Shown piece by piece: positions 25,226 to 32,909 of a DNA stretch of 64,000 nt. The notes beneath the pieces are model-generated. The model was not told the DNA's origin. It made no database searches and worked only from the letters and a program-made list of their open reading frames with translations. Within the stretch, counting starts at the first letter, position 1, and every line of letters begins with the position of its first letter. The translations under genes and the position numbers were made by a program. The DNA lies in NCBI GenBank assembly GCA_036867785.1, contig CP145413.1, forward strand, positions 124,001 to 188,000, written 5' to 3'. The DNA comes from Plasmodiophora brassicae (taxonomy: Eukaryota).

Positions 25226-25632
25226 GTTTAATGAAAAATGTGATATTTAATTCGTACTCCAACCTTGATTCGCATTGCCATGCGTCGAGACTAACCACAA
25301 CGAATACGGCGGGCGACGTGAATCATTCACCAGTTGATATTCAAAATCACGATTGAATCGTTGTTCGCGTTCCAATTTCGAAATGCAAGACGGTTGCAGG
25401 AAAATCGGCTTCTCGTACGATTCGAAAATCAACAGGTTTCTTACATCTAACCTGCATCGCCAGGAAGGTGCACGTTGGTTGCAGACGGTTACCCCTGCAT
25501 TCAACCTGCATCCCGGTCCGAGAGGGTCCGTGGCAAATTATGGATCTGCATCGTTCCTGCATCTACACCGGATGCAGGAGAGATGCAAGGTGGGCTTCCT
25601 GCAACCGTCCTGCATCCAAAACCCGGCCAGTG
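25226..25632. repeat. Direct repeat copy 1 (shared block 25226-25611); transposon-end-like with a TGCAGG/CCTGCA motif array, ending ...AAAACCCGGCCAGTG
   Basis: Near-identical to 28712-29100 (about 4 substitutions and one small indel). Contains an internal ~20-bp inverted repeat (atgcaagacggttgcaggaa / ttcctgcaaccgtcctgcat). Confidence 0.92.
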
Positions 25633-26042
25633 TGGTCGGCGGCGAAGTCGACCCAGGTGCAGGCAGGCGTGTCGTCAGGGACGACCTGCCATGTGATGTC
25701 GAAGACAACGGTATGCCGGGCGGCCATGAAATGAGCCGACCCTGGTATTGTCGGCGTATCGCAGCGACATGTTGTTGGAGCCAGCCCGTCGGGACATCTG
25801 CGCGTGCGCGTCGCCCTCGGTGCTGCGCACGCACGATGAGCGAATGAGGCCGTTCCTCGAGCGTCCGAGCGACATGTAAGTCATCCAGGGTTGCGTGAAT
25901 ATTCCGGGACCAGACCCGACTCCACGCCGTCCATAGTCCAGTCAGTTTGCGAGCCACGTAAATACAACGCGCGTGTTCTCGGAGAGGCTGCTCGCTCCAC
26001 GGACTTGGCCATTGCGCATTCCGCAACGCATCATCATCATCA

Positions 26043-28367
26043 ATGGTGTCATCGTCGTCATCGGCACCGCTGTCGCCCTCCTCGTCATCATGGCTCAACG
26101 AGTGTGTCGATGATCTAATGCGGCACGTCGCCGTCTATCGTGAAAACCCACGCGTCGACATGGACCAATCTTCCCTGTATCTTCTTGCGATAGTGGTTTT
26201 GCCCGCTGATCGGCGGTCCGAACAGTACGCCAACATGCTAGTTCAGATGTACAACGACCGACTGCGGGCCGCTGCCGATAGACCTGCCTTGCCACCGCAG
26301 TACCGTCGTGGTGATCTGGCAGCCGCTGCGTCCGACACCGCCGCCCGCGAGTATATCAAGTTGAGGCCGTCCATGCAGCGCAATAAGTTCCCGTTGGCGT
26401 CCCTGTCTCGGGCATATTCCCTGTCGCAATTTGGCGTCGTCTCAGACTATGCGCTGCAGCAGCTGGTTCCCAACTTCAACCGTGACGCGTATGGGAGCAT
26501 CGGCTGGCAGAACGAGGTCTCAGGAGACGGCGACACAATGATGGCGTTTGCGCCAGACGAAGGCTGGTTCCCATCGCGCATGGTCAAGCGGTCGCTCGAC
26601 GTCAACAACGGTGGTGATATCATCAAGAATCAGTACGTCCGGTACTGTCGGGAGGTCGCCATCGGTGTCGTCGTCGAGTTTCAGCAATCAACCCTGAGCG
26701 GCGAGCGCCAAGAGCTGCAGTTCCACTGCCGCTTATGGGACCGGCTCCTTAACGCATTGCTGCGTCCGCTGACCAAACCGCTGTTGACGTCGGTGTTGGA
26801 GCTGTCTATGGCCGGCGTGATTGAGGGGTACTCCCCGCAGTTCGCTGACTACGCGTGCATGCTGGCTCCGGATAACAACGATGAGGATCGTGTCGCCAGA
26901 GCACGGCAGCTGCCTCTGCTTCTGGTCGAGGTATCGGCGCACGCCGTCGGGAACGAAGAAGATCATAAGGATTTTCGCAAATTGCTCGTCATGATGGCGG
27001 TGACGCTGCTTGCACGCATCGGTTCTGTTCGACGTCGTCCTGTCGGCGAACGGAGCAGCTTGCGCCAGTTCGGGTTGCTTGTCGGCGCGTTCCAATTCCA
27101 GCCAGTTGTCATGATTCCGATTTTTGATAACGACCACGATGCGGGCCGTGTGTCGTTCGTTGCTCGCTGCGACCCGACCTGGCGATCCTTCGTACGGACG
27201 CCGTCGTATGAAGCAGTGCAGCTCCAGGGAGTCTACAGCGACATTGAGGCGCCGCAGTCGTTGGACCGCGACAATGAGGCGTTCCTCACGGAGTTGGCGC
27301 ATCGCGTCGCATCGGCCGCCGCTGCAGTCGCTCGCACAAGACCCCCTCCTGATCCGGCGCCGCAACAAGCCGACGTCCTGAATCGGCTCCGCTCATTGTC
27401 CTCCTTTTGCGACGCCGTGCGTCGTCAGGCCAGTGTCTACCACGCGATGCTGTCGCATGGCGACGTCGAGGACGTGTTTCCGTACCCGACATCGTTTGGC
27501 CCCCCACCGTCATCGCGGCCATCCACGGCGGAGCGGCCGCATTCGCAGCGGACGCCGGCGAGGAAATCAGGGAGTCCGCGCACGAGTTCTTCTGGTCGTC
27601 CACCGCGCAAACGCGGACGCTCCGACGGACCAAGTCGTACTCGCCAAGCTGCGTCTGTCGCACTGGTCGATGACCTCGCCGTCAAACACAAGATGGGCAG
27701 CGCCGCCGAAGAGCCCGCGCTCATGCGGGACTCGCAGGGCGACGGCGTCGCACGCCTGTTCGGGTCCATCGCCTTGCCGCGCAGCAACGGCGGCGGCGTT
27801 GTTCTTATTGAAGAGCGCCTCGACGACGTCGATTTCGGGCAGTTGTCAGTTAACGACATCGGCTTGGTGCTTGTGCGCTTCTTTATCGACGGCTTGGCCG
27901 CACTCGGCACGTTATCTCGCGCCGGCATTGTCCACCGCGACATTAACCCGAACAACATCATGTACAGCGTCGCCGTGCAAGGTTGGCGGGTGACCGATTT
28001 CGATCTGGCGTGTCGTGTGGACGACCCGCAGACGGGCGTGGAGCTGCGACCCGGTGCCGGTACCCAAGGGTACATCGCGCCGGAAGCGCTGGACGCCGGC
28101 GTCTATTCGGCGGCCTCCGACATGTGGAGCCTGGGTCGCACAGCGGCGTATTTCCTGTCCTGTGCTCAGGACGAGGTGTGGAGGCGCCCCGACGTTCCCC
28201 ACAAGTTCGACGACGTTCTTTGCCACCTGGAGATGATAGCGCACAACATGTCGGCACCGGAGCCCGCCCAACGCATCGTATCGCCGAGCGTCCACGAATT
28301 CCTGGTCGACTTGCACAATGAGTTCCAGCAGAATGCTGCGGACAACGGCTTCATTGCCCGGCGATGA
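26043..28367 (+). CDS. Intronless 774-aa protein: putative PD-(D/E)xK restriction-endonuclease-fold domain plus Ser/Thr protein kinase (CRN/FunK1-like architecture)
   Basis: Kinase motifs LAVK, IVHRDINPNNIM, TDFDLA, GTQGYIAPE and SDMWSLG. The upstream segment FADYAC...PLLLVEVSAH...HKDFRKLLVMM resembles REase-fold motifs. A basic linker PPRKRGR is NLS-like. Confidence 0.8.
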   Translation: MVSSSSSAPLSPSSSSWLNECVDDLMRHVAVYRENPRVDMDQSSLYLLAIVVLPADRRSEQYANMLVQMYNDRLRAAADRPALPPQYRRGDLAAAASDTAAREYIKLRPSMQRNKFPLASLSRAYSLSQFGVVSDYALQQLVPNFNRDAYGSIGWQNEVSGDGDTMMAFAPDEGWFPSRMVKRSLDVNNGGDIIKNQYVRYCREVAIGVVVEFQQSTLSGERQELQFHCRLWDRLLNALLRPLTKPLLTSVLELSMAGVIEGYSPQFADYACMLAPDNNDEDRVARARQLPLLLVEVSAHAVGNEEDHKDFRKLLVMMAVTLLARIGSVRRRPVGERSSLRQFGLLVGAFQFQPVVMIPIFDNDHDAGRVSFVARCDPTWRSFVRTPSYEAVQLQGVYSDIEAPQSLDRDNEAFLTELAHRVASAAAAVARTRPPPDPAPQQADVLNRLRSLSSFCDAVRRQASVYHAMLSHGDVEDVFPYPTSFGPPPSSRPSTAERPHSQRTPARKSGSPRTSSSGRPPRKRGRSDGPSRTRQAASVALVDDLAVKHKMGSAAEEPALMRDSQGDGVARLFGSIALPRSNGGGVVLIEERLDDVDFGQLSVNDIGLVLVRFFIDGLAALGTLSRAGIVHRDINPNNIMYSVAVQGWRVTDFDLACRVDDPQTGVELRPGAGTQGYIAPEALDAGVYSAASDMWSLGRTAAYFLSCAQDEVWRRPDVPHKFDDVLCHLEMIAHNMSAPEPAQRIVSPSVHEFLVDLHNEFQQNAADNGFIARR

Positions 28368-28711
28368 ATCTCCTCGGTCACCCGCACGCCATCGCTTGTC
28401 GTCATCGTCAGGCCACCGCTCTCTCGGGCTTTTCAGTTCGATACAGCAATCCGTCTTCCCGTCCGGTCGCATGTCACGCGGGACAATGGCCCCTTGTGGG
28501 CTACCACTACCTGACTTCGTGGATCGATCGTGTGACGGTAGTGACTCTCTGCTTTGTGCACTGTGAGGCACGCCGAAACGTCCGAGCAAGAAGCAGGGCG
28601 CGGCTGCAAAGAGCATCCATGGGTTTAAAGACTAGAGTGGGGCATTTTACAGCCTTTAGAGTGTTGACTCAAACCTGCTCGGCGGTGAGTACAGAGATGG
28701 GCCGATTATGG

Positions 28712-29100
28712 GTTTAATGAAAAATGTGATATTTAGTTCGTACTCCAACCTTGATTCGCATTGCCATGCGTCGAGACTAACTACAACGAATACGGCGGGC
28801 GACGTGATCATTCATTCACCAGTTGATATTCAAAATCACGATTGAATCGTTGTTCGCGTTCCAATTTCGAAATGCAAGACGGTTGCAGGAAATTCGGTTT
28901 CTCGTACGATTCGAAAATCAACAGGTTTCTTACATCTAACCTGCATCGCCAGGAAGGTGCACGTTGGTTGCAGACGGTTACCCCTGCATTCAACCTGCAT
29001 CCCGGTCCGAGAGGGTCCGTGGCAAATTATGGATCTGCATCGTTCCTGCATCTACACCGGATGCAGGAGAGATGCAAGGTGGGCTTCCTGCAACCGTCCT
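28712..29100. repeat. Direct repeat copy 2, truncated at its right end and joined to the Harbinger fragment
   Basis: gtttaatgaaaaatgtg...ttcctgcaaccgtcct matches 25226-25611. Confidence 0.92.
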
Positions 29101-30034
29101 AGGAGTGGAAGCATCGCTGAATGGGGGAGATGGATGGAGGCGGGAGAACCTTCGAGTTTCTCGTCCAACCTTCGACAACATCGTCAACATCCTGGAACGT
29201 GCGTCAAGGGAGCGGCAGGGACGGATTCCTGCCAGCAACGCTTTCGTGAACATGCGCATGCGTGTTGCAATCACGTTAGCGTACTTAGCATCCGAAGGCA
29301 CCTTCCGAAGTACTGCGAAGCTTTTCGGCATTGCTAAATCGACCGTTATATCAAACGTTAATGAGGTGCTGCCCACATTGCACAAATTCGCCGAGTTGTA
29401 GCTGAAATCTCACACAGATTCTGGATCTTCTCGTTGATATTTCTCCCACTGTTGTTCGATTCCCTTGCAATTCTGCAGAATGGCAACGTGTCGCTGCTAA
29501 CTTCGAGGCCATCGCTGGGTTCCCCGATGTGGGGGGCGCTATTGATGGGACGTTATTCGAGATTGAGAGGCCTTTCTTCCATGACGGTTGGTATACTCGC
29601 AAACGGTTTCCAGGAATCAAATGCAAGGAACGGTCGACGCGCGAGGGAGATTTATGGAGTACTCCTTCCGACCAGGGTCGTGCAGCGACAAAAACGTGTG
29701 GAGAATATGCAGTTCTATACTGCCCAAGGGCATGCACTTTCTTGGTGACGCCGGATACACGCTGAGCCGCGAGGTCCTCGTTCCGTGTAACATCTACGAT
29801 GGCATGCCAGCGGAAGAGAAGACGTACAACTACATTCATTCGCGAACCCGTATCACCGTCGAATGTGCCTTCGGAATGCTCAAAGGCCGCTGGAGAATCC
29901 TGAAACGTGTTCTCAACATGAAATGCCCCGAGAGCATCGCCAGAACGATCATTGCATGCATGGTCCTGCACAATTTGACGATTGACCTTCGCGACGACGA
30001 ACCTGTTAATGCGCATGATGAGTACGTCCACTGA
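29101..30034 (+). pseudogene. PIF/Harbinger (HARBI1-like) DDE transposase, 5'-truncated and frameshifted
   Basis: WRRENLRVSRPTF, VAITLAYLASEGTFRSTAKLFGIAKSTV, intron 29366-29417, GFPDVGGAIDGT, a 1-nt frameshift near 29620, then PGSCSD, LGDAGY, YNYIHSRTRITVECAFGMLKGRWRIL and IIACMVLHN. Confidence 0.88.
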
Positions 30035-30178
30035 CACCGGCGTATTGAAGAATTCAACCCTGGATTCGCTGATCATACCGACCGACATCAAAAGCGAGAG
30101 CATCTTAAGGAGTACTTTCGCATTATTCAGCGAGCGCTGTGAAGTTAACAGGAATGTATTACAAGCGAATGAGCGTAT

Positions 30179-30675
30179 TTATTCCGATTGGTCTTTACTC
30201 AGTGCCTGTAACGCCTGCAGCATGGCCTTGTTGATTGCAGACTGCTCTTTCAGGGCGCTTTCGATTCGCGCCAGCGCCTGCCCTGCTGTATGGCTTTGCG
30301 AACTCAATTCCGCCGTCTTAATCATTGCCTCTGCAATACTGTTCATTCCGTCTCGCAGCGAATCACCAAGTGACGCCGCCGACTTGACATCTTTGGAAGA
30401 CTTTGTACGCTTCGCTGGTGACGGGTCGACCTCCAACTCACGTTTCGCGCTTCGGTGTCCGCCGTCGTCATCATCAATATCGTCATCGCTCTGCGACTCG
30501 CGATCATCTGGTCTATCTGGTCCACCGTCACCATGGCCCCTTCGGAGACTGTCCATGATGGGTTCTCCTTTCAGCGCAGGATGTGCCTGTACAATAACAC
30601 AGGCTCAACGTATTGCGGACAACACTACAAGTCATCGACCGACCTGTAGGTGCTCATGCAGAAGTCAAACCCCTG
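30179..30675 (-). pseudogene. C-terminal remnant of the probable second (DNA-binding) ORF of the Harbinger element
   Basis: Lies tail-to-tail with the transposase, as is usual for PIF/Harbinger. Has an acidic/basic linker (SPAKRTK) and a coiled tail SLGDSLRDGMNSIAEA...QSAINKAMLQAL. No Myb domain is visible. Confidence 0.45.
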
Positions 30676-30739
30676 CAGTGGGCGAACAAAAAGTGCGCCA
30701 GTGTCTCTGACTGTGTCTGAGACTATGAGTGGTCACTAA

Positions 30740-31120
30740 CAGACACGGACGGACCCACGGACACAAACAAACAAAAATACCCGATGACAATCCCAACCAG
30801 AAATGCCACGACTTAGAAATTGGACCCGGAAATGCCACGGGTACTTAGCCATTGGGTTTGTGCGCTTCACGGACAAACAAATTTAGCCGACGACAAACCC
30901 AAACGGAAACGCCACGGGTACTTCGCGGAAAGCTGTAGAATGGGGACGTTTTAAGGGTCGTCTCACTCTAAAACGCAATACTTCCTTGTGATCCACTTTA
31001 CTGACATATCGGTGCAGGCATCACAACTAATTTTGACCGGGTGTGCTTTGGGTTTGTCTGATCGGTGAAATTTGTTTGTGGGTCCGTGGGTCCGTGAAAC
31101 CGTGACAAACAAATTTCACT
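30740..31120. mobile_element. Non-coding MITE-like or transposon-terminal segment with nested inverted and short direct repeats
   Basis: ggacccacggacacaaacaaa (~30751) is inverted relative to tttgtttgtgggtccgtgggtcc (~31071). A perfect 15-bp inverted repeat lies at 31065-31079 / 31105-31119. Repeated aaatgccacg / gccacgggtactt motifs. Confidence 0.5.
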
Positions 31121-31389
31121 ACAGCCCCGCAAATCTGCCCTGTCGACAGCTGTGGTTGTCCAACTACCACTGCCGTCCAGACAATGGGATCGACATGCGC
31201 GACATCGCATGAAGTGGGCGCGCAACGCGGAATTAGCGAATCCAGACGAGAAGGCAGACCCGGGTGGTACGATTTGAATCTCCAACCGGTGCGGCGAGGC
31301 GAAGCTCGCGAATGGTTTGCAATAACCCGTGTGACTCACAGGTTGGGAGTCGATTTGTCTGGGCGGCCTCCTCTACAGTGTTTGCGATC

Positions 31390-32745
31390 ATGGACGACGC
31401 CTGGGTCCGTTTCCAGTCGCGAGCACAGCAATTACGCCACGTGCTCCAGACACGATCTGCCCTGGCGATCCTGCACGCCTACCACGTTGTCGTACTGGAC
31501 GCCGCCATCGCCGTCCTCGACGCGATCAGGTGGTTCCCGACCGGGCAGGAGCGCCTCGAACGCATCCTTCAGGCGACCGCCTCGTTCCTGTTCGCTGGCC
31601 AGTACAGGACCGGGAAACGCGAATCCGTCCCGTATGCACTGGTGAACGTCGTCGACACGCGGTTCCACCTACATCAGGATTACGCGGCGCGCCTCGCTAA
31701 GGAGTTCCCCTGGGTTGCGGAACAGGCGTCGACGTGCGAGATCGACCACCCGCACACGGTGCACTTCCTCGCCCTGATCAGCAAACTCGCCTACGAATCG
31801 CGGCCGGTCATCAGCGATTTCGTCGCCCGGAAATGGGGCCTGCAGGTCCAGTTCGTGACAGCCGGGACCTCGTCGGTGAATGCGAGCGGGGGCGTCGGAC
31901 GGACCCACCTGACTGGGCACCGGTTTGCAGGACTGGCGTGGTCGTCTCGACGGATCGTGCCGTCATCATCTGCTTCCAGGCGGTTACGTCCAGCGGCCGA
32001 CGCGTCCCGACCGGCCTGGACGGCGTCGCCGCTGAGCTCCCCGACGGGAAGGGCGTCATCTACAACGGGTTCCACAAGGCAGGCCACCGCGAGTGAACCG
32101 ATTCGCGTCACCGTAACAGGACAACCTGCAGGACCTATTCGGCAAGGGCGCCGCTGATGGGCTGACCATGGTGGAAGCGCTGGAGAACGCTGCCCTTCGC
32201 GAGCCGCACGTCCGCAAGCTGATCGTCGTCACCGGCCACGGCCTGGGCGGGTCCCTGGCCGCCCTGTTCTGCCTGATGTGCGATGCCCGCATCCGCCAGC
32301 GCATCGCCGGCTGCGTCACGTTCGGCCAGCCCAAGGTCTGCGACGTCGCGTTCCGCCAGGCCGTCGAAAGGTACGTCCGGTCGAGCGGCGCTGCGCCCGA
32401 CCAGAGACGCCCGCCGATCAGCTGCTCTGTGCCAGGGACTTCACGGGCAAGTACGTCCAGTACGTCTACGCGAACGATTTCTTCACGACGCTGCCCTTCT
32501 TCGGCGTGCTGGATTTCAGGGACCGCGAAGAGAGGCGCTATGTGGGCGGCGGTCTGGGTGATCCCAGCGCCCTTGACCTGGTATCGCTCCTACCGCGTCG
32601 CGTGTTCCAGGCGCTGTCGTTTCCGGCGCGCGGGGAGTCGTTGCTCCGCGCCCTGGTCCGACTAGCGCTCCTGCCGTTGCCCAGCGTGGACGACCACCTA
32701 CCCTGCAATTACGAACGGGCCCTGCGCGACCGGATCACGCCATGA
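31390..32745 (+). CDS. Class-3 lipase-like alpha/beta hydrolase (spliced) with GHGLGG in place of GHSLGG
   Basis: ISKLAYE, AVIICFQ, IYNGFHKA, IVVTGHGLGGSLA, CVTFGQPKV, YVYANDFFTTLP and DDHLPCNY. Confidence 0.8.
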
Positions 32746-32909
32746 CCCCCGGCGAACGTCATAAAGTTGACTCATCGGATGACGAAGGCGCGCTGACTCA
32801 ACGCAGGCGACCGACGATGACGTGATGTGTGGGCGGGCACCCCGGCCAACACGTGCCACTCGTATAACGTCAGGCAATTCGTAATATTAATCTAAGAGCT
32901 GTGACGAAG

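Noticed and set aside
25538-26098. 186-aa minus-strand ORF as an antitoxin or partner of the kinase
   Set aside because: It overlaps the kinase start antisense, runs into the repeat and has no recognisable motif. It cannot be supported without expression data.
25226-29100. LTR retrotransposon (direct repeats as LTRs)
   Set aside because: No TG...CA termini, no recognisable PBS/PPT, and no gag, RT or integrase between the repeats.
29399-29401. Premature stop in the Harbinger transposase
   Set aside because: It falls within a plausible GT-AG intron (29366-29417) whose removal restores the frame. The real lesion is the frameshift near 29620.
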